Source of the DNA: an uncultured Solirubrobacteraceae bacterium
Lineage (GTDB): Bacteria > Actinomycetota > Thermoleophilia > Solirubrobacterales > Solirubrobacteraceae
Reading direction: 5' to 3'
Assembly (NCBI GenBank): GCA_963835525.1
Contig: CAWIFM010000007.1
Location: 58,984 to 122,983, forward strand
Length of the DNA stretch: 64,000 bases
This document shows, piece after piece, positions 18,427 to 26,740 of the stretch. The first letter of the stretch is position 1, and the number at the start of each line of letters is the position of its first letter. The notes beneath the pieces were generated by a model. The model worked only from the letters and a program-made list of their open reading frames with translations. It was not told where the DNA came from and ran no database searches. A program made the position numbers and the translations under genes.

Positions 18427-19928
18427 TCTTCATCGGCTTCATGGGCGCGGGCAAGACGTCGGCGGCGCGTGCCGCCGCGGGCGTGCTCGGCGTGCGGGCC
18501 GTCGACGCCGACCACGAGATCGAGCGGCGGCTCGGGACGACGATCGAGGAGTACTTCTCCACGCACGGCGAGGCGGCCTTCCGCGCGGTCGAGGAGGAGG
18601 TCGTGTGCGGCCTGCTCGAGCGGACCGTCGCGCCGGTGGTCTCGCTCGGCGGCGGCGCCGTGACCTCCGAGCGCGTGCGCGCGCTGCTCGCGCAGCACAC
18701 GGTGGTGCTGCTGGACGTCGACATCGAGACGGCCTGGCGGCGGGCCGGCAACAAGCGCCGCCCGCTGGCCCGCGACCGCGAGGGTTTCGTGGCGCTGCAC
18801 GCCCAGCGCCGGCCGCTCTACGACTCGCTCGCCGACGCCGTGCTGCTCGATTCTTCGCGCGACGAGGTCCGCAAGGCCGTGCACGCCCTGCGCTCGCTCT
18901 CGCGCGCGCCCGCGGGCACCAAGCTCGTGTGGGCGGCGGCCGCCTCGGGCAGCTACCCCGTCTACCTCGGCGAGGGCCTGGTCGGCAGCGCCTTCTGGCC
19001 CGTCCCCGGCCGCCGCTTCGTCATCACCGACTCCGCGGTATCCGCCCACTATCGGATCGCCGGGGCTGACGCCGAGTTGCGGATACCGGAGGGCGAGGAG
19101 CACAAGACGCTCGCCACCGTCGAGCGGCTGCTGAGCGCGCTGGCGGCCGCGGGCATGGACCACGACGACCACGTCGTGGCTCTCGGCGGCGGCGTGGTCG
19201 GTGACGTCGCCGGGTTCTGCGCCGCCGTCTACCAGCGCGGGGTCAAGGTCGTGCAGGTGCCCACCACGCTCGTGGCACAGGTCGACTCGGCCTACGGCGG
19301 CAAGACCGGGGTCGACCTGCCGGAGGGCAAGAACTACGCCGGCGCCTACCACCAGCCGGCCGCGGTGATGGTCGATCCGTCGACCATGGCCACGCTGCCG
19401 CAGGCCGAGCTGGCGGCCGGCTGGGCCGAGGTGATCAAGACGGCGCTGATCGCGGGCGGCCCGCTGTGGGAGCGAGTCCGCGAGGGGGCCCCGCTCGACC
19501 GCGACCTCGTGCTCGCCTGCGCGCGCACCAAGCTCGCCGTGGTGGCCGGCGACGAGCGCGACGCCGGCCGCCGCCAGGTCCTCAACCTCGGCCACACGGT
19601 CGGGCACGCGATCGAGACCGTCACCGGCTACCGGCGCTACCGCCACGGCGAGGCGGTCGGGCTCGGCCTGCTGGCCGCCCTCGAGCTCTCGGGCCAGGCC
19701 GCGCTGCGCGCGGAGGTCGCGGCGCTGCTCGACGCGCGCGGGCTGCCGACGTCGCTCGACCGCGCCGTCGAGCCCGGCGCCGTGGTCGCGGCCACGCGGC
19801 GCGACAAGAAGCGCCGCGGCGGGCGCGTGGGGTTCGTGCTCGTCGAGTCGCCGGGCGACGTGCGCCCCGGCCGGCCGGTCGAGGAAGGCGAGCTGCGCCG
19901 CGCCGTGGCAGAGTTGCGCGCGCCATGA
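18408..19928 (+). CDS. aroK-aroB: bifunctional shikimate kinase / 3-dehydroquinate synthase (single fused ORF)
   Basis: N-terminal P-loop FIGFMGAGKTS plus an SK core of ~170 aa, continuous in frame with DHQS motifs (GGGVVGDVAGFCAA, VQVPTTLVAQVDSAYGGKTGVD, LNLGHTVGHAIE). ATG at 18408 overlaps the aroC 3' end. Confidence 0.9.
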   Translation: MEASNLVFIGFMGAGKTSAARAAAGVLGVRAVDADHEIERRLGTTIEEYFSTHGEAAFRAVEEEVVCGLLERTVAPVVSLGGGAVTSERVRALLAQHTVVLLDVDIETAWRRAGNKRRPLARDREGFVALHAQRRPLYDSLADAVLLDSSRDEVRKAVHALRSLSRAPAGTKLVWAAAASGSYPVYLGEGLVGSAFWPVPGRRFVITDSAVSAHYRIAGADAELRIPEGEEHKTLATVERLLSALAAAGMDHDDHVVALGGGVVGDVAGFCAAVYQRGVKVVQVPTTLVAQVDSAYGGKTGVDLPEGKNYAGAYHQPAAVMVDPSTMATLPQAELAAGWAEVIKTALIAGGPLWERVREGAPLDRDLVLACARTKLAVVAGDERDAGRRQVLNLGHTVGHAIETVTGYRRYRHGEAVGLGLLAALELSGQAALRAEVAALLDARGLPTSLDRAVEPGAVVAATRRDKKRRGGRVGFVLVESPGDVRPGRPVEEGELRRAVAELRAP

Positions 19929-20359
19929 GGAACCGGGTGGCCGTGCTCCACGGCGTCAACCTCGCCGCGCTCGACCGCCGGCCGGCCGAGCACTACGGCG
20001 GGCTCACGTTCAGCCGGCTCGAGCGCCGCATCGAGGCCTTCGCGCGCGAGCTGGGCCTGGAGGCGCGCTTCTTCCACTCCAACCACGAGGGGGAGTACGT
20101 GGAGGAGATCCACAAGGCGTCCGACTACGCCGACGGCCTGCTCCTGAATCCGGGAGCGTGGACCCACTACGCATGGTCGCTGCGCGACGCCGTCGAGGTC
20201 TCCGGGCTGCCGGCCGTCGAGGTCCATCTTTCGGATGTCATGAGCCGCGAGGAGTTCCGCCGCGTGTCCGTGCTCGAGGGCGTCTGCGTCGCCAAGGTCA
20301 GCGGCAAGGGCGTCGACGGCTACCGCGAAGCGCTGGCCGCGTTGAAGGACGCCCTGTGA
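19925..20359 (+). CDS. aroQ: type II 3-dehydroquinate dehydratase
   Basis: VLHGVNL...FFHSNHEGEYVEEIH...LLNPGAWTHY...EVHLSDV, the canonical AroQ motifs. ATGA overlap with the upstream gene. Confidence 0.95.
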   Translation: MRNRVAVLHGVNLAALDRRPAEHYGGLTFSRLERRIEAFARELGLEARFFHSNHEGEYVEEIHKASDYADGLLLNPGAWTHYAWSLRDAVEVSGLPAVEVHLSDVMSREEFRRVSVLEGVCVAKVSGKGVDGYREALAALKDAL

Positions 20360-21411
20360 GCCGCGCCGACCGCGTCGCCGAGGCGCTCGAGGTCGACGCG
20401 CTGCTGATCACGGACCTCGTCAACCTGCGCTACGTCACCGGGTTCACGGGCTCGAGCGGCATGGCGGTCGTCGGGCGCGACCTCCGTCGCTTCATCACCG
20501 ACTTCCGCTACGTGGAGCAGGCCGCCGGCGAGGTCGAGGGCTTCGACCGCGAGCAGGCGCCCCAGGTCTTCGACGGCGCGCTGGCGGAGGGCTGGCCGGA
20601 CGGGTCCCTGCGGCTCGGGTTCGACGATCAGAACGTGTCCGTGCGCCGCCACGCGCGCCTGCGCGAGCTGCTGCCCGAGCGGGTGGAGCTCGTGCCGTCC
20701 GGCGGCGTCGTGGAGGCGCTTCGGGCGGTCAAGGACGCCGAGGAGATCTCGCGCATCGCCGCCGCCGCCCGGCTCGCCGACGAGGTGTACGGGATGCTGC
20801 GCGAGCAGGGGCTGGTGGGGCGGACGGAGCGTGACGTGGCGTTCGCGCTGGAGACCGAGATGCGCCGGCGCGGCGCCGAGCCGAGCTTCGAGTCGATCGT
20901 CGCCTCGGCCGAGCGCGGCGCGCTGCCGCACGCCGTGCCGGCGGACGTGCCGATCCCGCGCGGGACGCTGGTCACGCTCGACATCGGGGCGCGGCTCGGC
21001 GGCTACTGCTCGGACTGCACGCGCACGTGGGCGACCGGCGAGCTTCCGGACGACCTGGCGGAGGCGTACGAGCTCGTCCAGCGCGCCCAGGCAAAGGCGC
21101 TGGCCGCCGTGCGGCCGGGTCCCGAGGGGCGCGAGGTCGACGCCGTGGCGCGCGACATCATCGAGGCGGCCGGGCACGGCGAGCACTTCGGCCACGGGCT
21201 CGGGCACGGGGTCGGCCTCGAGGTCCACGAGGGCCCGCGGCTGTCGCGCACCGGCGAGGCGCCGCTCGTCGCCGGCAACGTCGTGACGGTCGAGCCCGGC
21301 GTCTACCTGCCGAGCCGCGGCGGCGTCCGGATCGAGGATCTCGTGGTGGTCACCGAGGACGGCCATACCGTCCTCTCCCTGACCACGAAGGACCTCATAA
21401 CCGTCGACTAG
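20356..21411 (+). CDS. M24 family Xaa-Pro aminopeptidase/dipeptidase
   Basis: Creatinase-like N-domain plus M24 metal ligands (DIGARLGGYCSDCTRT, HGLGHGVGLEVHE, TVEPGVY, IEDLV). GTGA overlap with aroQ. Confidence 0.9.
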   Translation: MSRADRVAEALEVDALLITDLVNLRYVTGFTGSSGMAVVGRDLRRFITDFRYVEQAAGEVEGFDREQAPQVFDGALAEGWPDGSLRLGFDDQNVSVRRHARLRELLPERVELVPSGGVVEALRAVKDAEEISRIAAAARLADEVYGMLREQGLVGRTERDVAFALETEMRRRGAEPSFESIVASAERGALPHAVPADVPIPRGTLVTLDIGARLGGYCSDCTRTWATGELPDDLAEAYELVQRAQAKALAAVRPGPEGREVDAVARDIIEAAGHGEHFGHGLGHGVGLEVHEGPRLSRTGEAPLVAGNVVTVEPGVYLPSRGGVRIEDLVVVTEDGHTVLSLTTKDLITVD

Positions 21412-21461
21412 GGCCCCGAACCCACTCAAGCCCTCGGCGCGGTAAGCCGATACCGGGGGCG

Positions 21462-23009
21462 ATGGAACTCCGAGCCCGCATTCGCCCAACGCTGCGCCAC
21501 GCCGGCCTTATGGCCGCGGCCGCCGCACTGCTGGTGCCCGTCACGGGCACGGCCACCGCCACCGCAAAAAGCGCCCCCGTCGTCAAGAGCGTCGCGCCGA
21601 AGAAGGTCTTCGTCGGCGAGACGATGAAGATCCGCGGACGCCACTTCCGCCGCGGCGTCAACAAGAACATGGTCGCCTTCAAGCGCAAGGGCGCGAAGGC
21701 CGTCCTGGTGCCGGCGGGGCGCGGAACCACCAAGCTTCTGATGGTCGAGCTGCCCAAGCGGCTCGAGAAGATCCTGCTCGTCCAGAACGGCACGCCGGTG
21801 GCGACGCCGCTGCAGGTCCGCGTGATGTCCTCGCGGTTCGGCAAGCGCTACACCAGCCGTTCCAAGTCGCCGCTCGTCGGCCCTGAGAAGCCGCCGGCGC
21901 CGCCGAAGCCCAAGGCCGCCAACCCGAACGGCGACTGTGACGGCGACGGCCAGATCAACCGCGTCGACACCGACGACGACAACGACCTGCTGACCGACGA
22001 CGTCGAGAAGGGCTACGACCTCGACGGCTGCAAGGCCGACACCGACGGCGACAAGGTCGAGGACGGCTACGAGTACCAGTCCGCTCGCGACCTCAACGAC
22101 GACGAGCACCAGACGCCCAATGACTACATCCCGTATCCGGAGAAGCGTCCGTACCCGAACGCGCTCGACAAGACGGACTCCGGTACCGACCACGACGGCG
22201 ACGACCTGACGCTGCTCGAGGAGTACCGGCTCTGGAAGGTCACGCTCGCGAACGGCGCGCCGCGCACGCTCGCCGGGCTCGGCTACTCCGCCGGTGAGCA
22301 GTACTCGGTCAACGTGCGCCAGGGTGGCAACGGCAACCGCGTCCCGACGCTCATGGCTGCCGGCTACGACAAGCAGATCGCCTTCCTGGGCTGGGCCGCC
22401 TCGACGGGCTACGCCACGATCGGCCTGTCGCCGGTCCCGGGCTTCTTCGACGACCCGGACACCGACGACATCGCCGAGTACTGGGAGCCGCGCGAGTTCC
22501 GCGACGTCCGCGACATGAACCGCGACAACGTCCTCCAGTCCTACGAGGAGACGTACTACGACTTCGACCAGACCGGCCGCCTCAGCGACAGCGAGCGCGA
22601 CGAGGACGCCGACGGCCTCAGCAACTGGGCCGAGACGCGCGGCTGCATGAACCCGAAGTACTGGGAGGGCGTCTACGACAAGGAGACGCCGTACTACCTC
22701 AGCTATAGCGGCACGCAGCTCGACGACGCCGACACCGACGGTGACGGCATCCGCGACGGCGCCGACGACCAGGACCACGACGACGTGCCGAACCTGATGG
22801 AGTGCTCGCGCGTGCTCGCCTCCGGCGTGGCCGCCGACCCCGTCGACGAGGAGCAGGGCGACCCGCACCGCGTGTGGAAGGGCTTCGTGAACCCCTTCAA
22901 CCCGTGCCTGCCGCACGTCAAGTCGCGTACCTGCAAGGTCATCGTCCCCGTGGACAACGCGTGGGCGCCGTTCAACGCCGAGGACGAGTACTACCTCATC
23001 CGGTTCTAG
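21462..23009 (+). CDS. secreted IPT/TIG-domain protein with thrombospondin type-3-like Ca-binding repeats
   Basis: Signal peptide, then an IPT-like segment (VKSVAPKKVFVGETMKIRGRHF). Multiple DxDxDGxxDxxD-type repeats follow (DCDGDGQINRVDTDDDND, DTDGDKVEDG, DEDADGLSNW, DTDGDGIRDGADDQDHDD). Confidence 0.8.
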   Translation: MELRARIRPTLRHAGLMAAAAALLVPVTGTATATAKSAPVVKSVAPKKVFVGETMKIRGRHFRRGVNKNMVAFKRKGAKAVLVPAGRGTTKLLMVELPKRLEKILLVQNGTPVATPLQVRVMSSRFGKRYTSRSKSPLVGPEKPPAPPKPKAANPNGDCDGDGQINRVDTDDDNDLLTDDVEKGYDLDGCKADTDGDKVEDGYEYQSARDLNDDEHQTPNDYIPYPEKRPYPNALDKTDSGTDHDGDDLTLLEEYRLWKVTLANGAPRTLAGLGYSAGEQYSVNVRQGGNGNRVPTLMAAGYDKQIAFLGWAASTGYATIGLSPVPGFFDDPDTDDIAEYWEPREFRDVRDMNRDNVLQSYEETYYDFDQTGRLSDSERDEDADGLSNWAETRGCMNPKYWEGVYDKETPYYLSYSGTQLDDADTDGDGIRDGADDQDHDDVPNLMECSRVLASGVAADPVDEEQGDPHRVWKGFVNPFNPCLPHVKSRTCKVIVPVDNAWAPFNAEDEYYLIRF

Positions 23010-23036
23010 CGCTCCTCGAGAGCACTCCTGTCTCAC

Positions 23037-23066
23037 ACCGAGGCCCGCCACATGGCGGGCCTCGGT
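23037..23066 (+). terminator. stem-loop terminator after the TSP3-repeat gene
   Basis: Perfect 13-bp stem ACCGAGGCCCGCC / GGCGGGCCUCGGU with loop ACAU, followed by CGUUUCG. Confidence 0.7.
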
Positions 23067-23117
23067 CGTTTCGTGAAAGAGTCCGGTCGCACACACCCGC
23101 AACCGGGAGGAGAGCGA

Positions 23118-23333
23118 ATGGCCGACAGCGTCTACCGCGTCACCGAGGTGATCGGGGTCAGCAGCGAGTCGTGGGAGGCCGCGGCGCGCAACGCGGTCGA
23201 GACGGCCGCGAAGACGGTGCGCGACCTGCGCGTCGCCGAGGTCGTCCGCGAAGACATCACGATCGAGAACGGCGCGATCAGCGCGTTCCGCGTCCGTCTC
23301 GCGATCTCGTTCAAGTACGACTCGGGCGACTGA
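23118..23333 (+). CDS. dodecin family flavin-binding protein
   Basis: 71 aa beginning MADSVYRVTEVIGVSSESWEAAARNAVETAAKTVRDLRVAEV, the classic dodecin N-terminus. The SD GGGAGGAG lies upstream of ATG 23118. The track start at 23052 is judged too long. Confidence 0.8.
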   Translation: MADSVYRVTEVIGVSSESWEAAARNAVETAAKTVRDLRVAEVVREDITIENGAISAFRVRLAISFKYDSGD

Positions 23334-23380
23334 TCGGCTGATCAACGCCGCTGTCGCCAGGCACTACGCTGGCGACAGCG

Positions 23381-23809
23381 GTGTCGCACGAGCCCGATCT
23401 CCGAGCATCGGACGCCGATCGCGAGGCGGCGGTCGAGCGTCTGCGCGCCGCCGCGGTGGACGGCCGGCTCGACGGCGACGAGCTCGAGGAGCGGCTGGGG
23501 CAGGCCTACGGGGCGCGCTGGCGCTCCGAGCTGGCGCTGCTGACCGACGACGTGACGCCGCCGCTGGTGTTCGTCCGGCCGAAGCCGCGGATCAATGCAC
23601 TGGCGATCTGCTCGCTGATCGCCGCCATCGTCTGGTTCGGTTGGCTCGGCTCGGTCGCCGCGGTGGTCATGGGCCACACGGCGCTGATCCAGATCAAGCG
23701 TTCGAACGGCACGGAGACGGGTCGCGCGGCGGCGTTGATCGGCACCGCGCTCGGCTACTTCGGGCTCACCGCGCTGCTGATGATCGTCCTGTTCGCGGTC
23801 GCGATCTAG
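23381..23809 (+). CDS. DUF1707 (SHOCT-like) + DUF4190 membrane protein
   Basis: ASDADREAAVERLRAAAVDGRLDGDELEERL is the DUF1707 signature. The C-terminal two TM segments with GHTALIQIKRSNGTETGR resemble DUF4190. Confidence 0.8.
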   Translation: MSHEPDLRASDADREAAVERLRAAAVDGRLDGDELEERLGQAYGARWRSELALLTDDVTPPLVFVRPKPRINALAICSLIAAIVWFGWLGSVAAVVMGHTALIQIKRSNGTETGRAAALIGTALGYFGLTALLMIVLFAVAI

Positions 23810-23893
23810 CGCGTCGAAGTTAGGGGTGCGGGGCCCCAAGTTGGGGGTGCGTACCCGATGCGCGCGCGGCCGTGGCCCCCGTAGCTTCGGTCC

Positions 23894-24887
23894 ATGACCA
23901 TCTACGCCGTCCCCGAGATCGAGACCCGCCGCGACGCTCTGGTGGAACGGCTCTTCAACGCCACGCTCGGAGCCTTCGACCTCTACGCCGTGTATCTGGG
24001 TGACCGGCTCGGCCTGTACCGGGCGCTGGCGTCCGGCGGCCCGATGACGCCGGTCGAGCTGGCCGCGGCGGCCGGGATCGCCGAGCGCTACGCCCGCGAG
24101 TGGCTCGAGCAGCAGGCCGTGGCCGGCATCCTCGACGTCTCGGATGACCGGTTCTCGCTTCCGCCGGGCCACGACGAGGCGCTGATCGACGAGGCGAGCC
24201 TGGCGTTTGCCGCTCCCTTCGCGCGGTTCGCCGCGGCGGTGGCGCGGCCGCTGCCCGAGCTGGTCGAGGCGTTCCGGACGGGCGCCGGCATCCCGTACGC
24301 CGACTACGGCGAGGACCTGTGCGGGGCGCAGGCGAGCTTCACGCGGCCGCTGTTCGAGCAGCTGCTCGGCAGCGAGTGGCTCCCGTCGGTCCTGGACGTC
24401 GACGCGCGGCTGCTCATGTCGCCGCCTGCCCGGGCTCGATCTGGATCCCGCCTCGATCTCGATGGCCCGGGAGAACCTGGCCGGTAGCGGGGTGGAGGAT
24501 CGCGTCTCGTTCGTGCTCGGCGACGCGGCCTCGCCGCGGCTGGCGGGCCGCTACGACCTGGTCACCGTGTTCGAGGCGCTGCACGACATGTCGGACCCGG
24601 TGTCGGTGCTGCGCGCCGCGCGCGGGCTGCTCGCCGGCGGCGGCTGCGTGATCGTGGCCGACGAGCGCGTGGCGGACTCGTTCTCGGCGCCGGGCGACGA
24701 CGTCGAGCGGCTCTACTACGGATTCAGCGTGCTGCACTGCCTGCCGGTGGGGATGCCGGGGGCGGGGACGGGCGCGGTCATGCGGGTCGACACGGTGCGG
24801 TCGTACGCGCTGGACGCCGGGTTCGCGGGCGTCGAGGTGCTGCCGATCGACAACGACTTCTGGCGCTTCTACCGGCTGACGGCGTAG
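23894..24887 (+). pseudogene. disrupted class I SAM-dependent methyltransferase with N-terminal winged-helix domain (frameshift plus loss of SAM motif I)
   Basis: The N-terminal 170 aa lie in the frame of ORF 23894..24487. The C-terminal methyltransferase core (DLDPASISMARENLAGSGVEDRVSFVLGDA...VIVADE) lies in the frame of ORF 24207..24887. The total span of 994 nt is not a multiple of 3. No E/DxGxGxG motif occurs in any frame around 24400-24430. Confidence 0.6.
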
Positions 24888-24918
24888 GGGACGCGGAGGG
24901 CGGGTCTCCGCGGAGCCA

Positions 24919-25764
24919 TTGCACGGCCGGGTCGCTCATGGTCTGATCATCCTCGTGGATGCGTTCGGCGCGTTCGAGCGGGAAGGCTGGAGCGAGGGGC
25001 GGGCCGCGCCGTACCACCACGGGCTCGGCGCGATCACCGCGCGGCCGGCGGAGGCGCTGCTCGATCTTGCCCGGGTGGCGGAGGGCACTTCGGTCCTCGA
25101 CGTGGCGACCGGTCCGGGCTACGTCGCGGGGCGCGCGGCCGCCCGCGGCGCTTCCGTCGTGGCGGTCGACTTCTCCGACGAGATGCTCGCGCTCGCCGCC
25201 ACGCTGCACCCGCGCGTCACCTTCCAGCAGGCCGACGCGGAGGCGTTGCCGTTCGGCGACGGATCCTTCGACGCGGTCGTCGCGGCCTTCCTCATGCCGC
25301 ACGTGTCCGACCTCCCGGCCGTATGCGCGGAGCTCGCCCGCGTCGTCCGCCCGGGAGGCCGGCTCGCGCTCACCACCTGGGACCCCGAGCCCGAGAGCTT
25401 CACGCGCTTCCTGTTCGAGTCGATCGCCGACTCGGGAGCGGTCGCGCCACCGTCACTGCCACCCGGCCCGCCGTTCTTCCAGTACGCACGGTCCGACGAG
25501 TTCACGTCGCTGCTGGAGGGAGCCGGCCTCTCGGAGGCGTCGGTCGTCGCTCTGTCGTTCACCCACCCGATCACCGACCTCGACGCCTTCTGGGCCGACC
25601 TCGTCGGCGGAACGGTCCGCGCGTCCGCGTTGTTCCGCGCACAGCCGTTGGAGTTGCAGGGACGGATACGTCGCATGTACGGAGAACGGCTCGAGCGGTG
25701 GCGCGTCGCCGGCGGTTGGGACGTGGCCTGCGCGGTCACGCTGGGAGCCGCGACACGAACCTGA
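24919..25764 (+). CDS. class I SAM-dependent methyltransferase (Methyltransf_11-like)
   Basis: Motif I VLDVATGPGYV, motif II VVAVDFSDEML, then FDAVVAAF and VRPGGRLALTTW. An alternative start is GTG at 24955. Confidence 0.85.
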   Translation: MHGRVAHGLIILVDAFGAFEREGWSEGRAAPYHHGLGAITARPAEALLDLARVAEGTSVLDVATGPGYVAGRAAARGASVVAVDFSDEMLALAATLHPRVTFQQADAEALPFGDGSFDAVVAAFLMPHVSDLPAVCAELARVVRPGGRLALTTWDPEPESFTRFLFESIADSGAVAPPSLPPGPPFFQYARSDEFTSLLEGAGLSEASVVALSFTHPITDLDAFWADLVGGTVRASALFRAQPLELQGRIRRMYGERLERWRVAGGWDVACAVTLGAATRT

Positions 25765-25821
25765 CGCAAACGCGTCTGGTTCCGCTACACGATCCGCGCC
25801 ACGATCGGCCCTATGCCCGCC

Positions 25822-25864
25822 GATTGGTCACTTTGTTCCCGCCACGGGAACAAAGCGACCAATC
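25822..25864. repeat. 43-bp near-perfect inverted repeat (20-bp arms, 3-nt spacer)
   Basis: GATTGGTCACTTTGTTCCCG-CCA-CGGGAACAAAGCGACCAATC, with one arm mismatch (A/G). It lies immediately upstream of the likely GTG start (25867) of the DUF559 gene. Confidence 0.85.
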
Positions 25865-25866
25865 GA

Positions 25867-26727
25867 GTGGCTCAGCTCGCGGCAGCTCAGTGGGGCGTGC
25901 TCTCGTTCGACGAGCTGGGCTCGTGCGGCCTCACCCGCAAGGAGGTGATGACTCGCGTCCGCAACGGGCATCTCCACCCCCTTTACCGCGGGGTTTACGC
26001 CGTGGGCCACACCAACCTCACGCGGGAGGGCGCATTCCTGGCCGCCGTCAAGGCCTGCGGCCCCACAGCGCACCTCAGCCACTACTCGGCCGCCGCGCTT
26101 TACGGCCTCGTCCGCTGGGACTATCGCTACCCAGAGGTCACGGTCACAGGCAAGAGACGCCACGCAGGCATCCGAACGCACCGCACGACGATCCCCGACG
26201 CCACCCACCACCAGGGCATCCCCATCACCACCCCCGCCCGCACCCTCATCGACCTCGCCGGCCAGCTCGACTACGGACCGCTACGCAGAGCCGTTCGCGA
26301 AGCCCAACGCCACCTGGTCACGATCCCGCAGATCCTGACCACGCTCGACCGGCTCGGCCCCCGCCCCGGCATCGCCAACCTCACCAAGATCCTCGCCACC
26401 GGCCACGCCCCCACCCGAAGCGAACTCGAAGACGCCGTCCTCGATCTCCTCCTTAATGCGGGGTTCCAACAACCCGACATCAACCAACCGATACGAATCC
26501 AAGGCCGCCGCATCGTCCCCGACTTCAGATGGCCACACGAACACCTGGTCATCGAAGCCGACGGCGCGCACTGGCACGACAACCGCCTCACCCGCGAAGA
26601 CGACGCCGAAAAGCAGGCCATCCTCGAAGCCCACGGCGAACGCGTCATCCGCATCAGCTGGCCCCAAGCCATCATCCAACGCCCCCAGACCCTCAACCGA
26701 ATCAAAGCCGCCGGCGCACCCACCTAA
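25867..26727 (+). CDS. DUF559 (Vsr-like endonuclease fold) domain protein with AbiEi-like N-terminal region
   Basis: N-terminus VAQLAAAQWGVLSFDELGSCGL...LHPLYRGVYAV. C-terminal PDFRWPHEHLVIEADGAHWHDNRLTREDDAEKQAILEAHGERVIRISW is the DUF559 signature. The track ORF starts at 25813, inside the palindrome. The coding strand is C-rich and G-poor, unlike its neighbours. Confidence 0.8.
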   Translation: MAQLAAAQWGVLSFDELGSCGLTRKEVMTRVRNGHLHPLYRGVYAVGHTNLTREGAFLAAVKACGPTAHLSHYSAAALYGLVRWDYRYPEVTVTGKRRHAGIRTHRTTIPDATHHQGIPITTPARTLIDLAGQLDYGPLRRAVREAQRHLVTIPQILTTLDRLGPRPGIANLTKILATGHAPTRSELEDAVLDLLLNAGFQQPDINQPIRIQGRRIVPDFRWPHEHLVIEADGAHWHDNRLTREDDAEKQAILEAHGERVIRISWPQAIIQRPQTLNRIKAAGAPT

Positions 26728-26740
26728 ACTCTTCGCCGCG

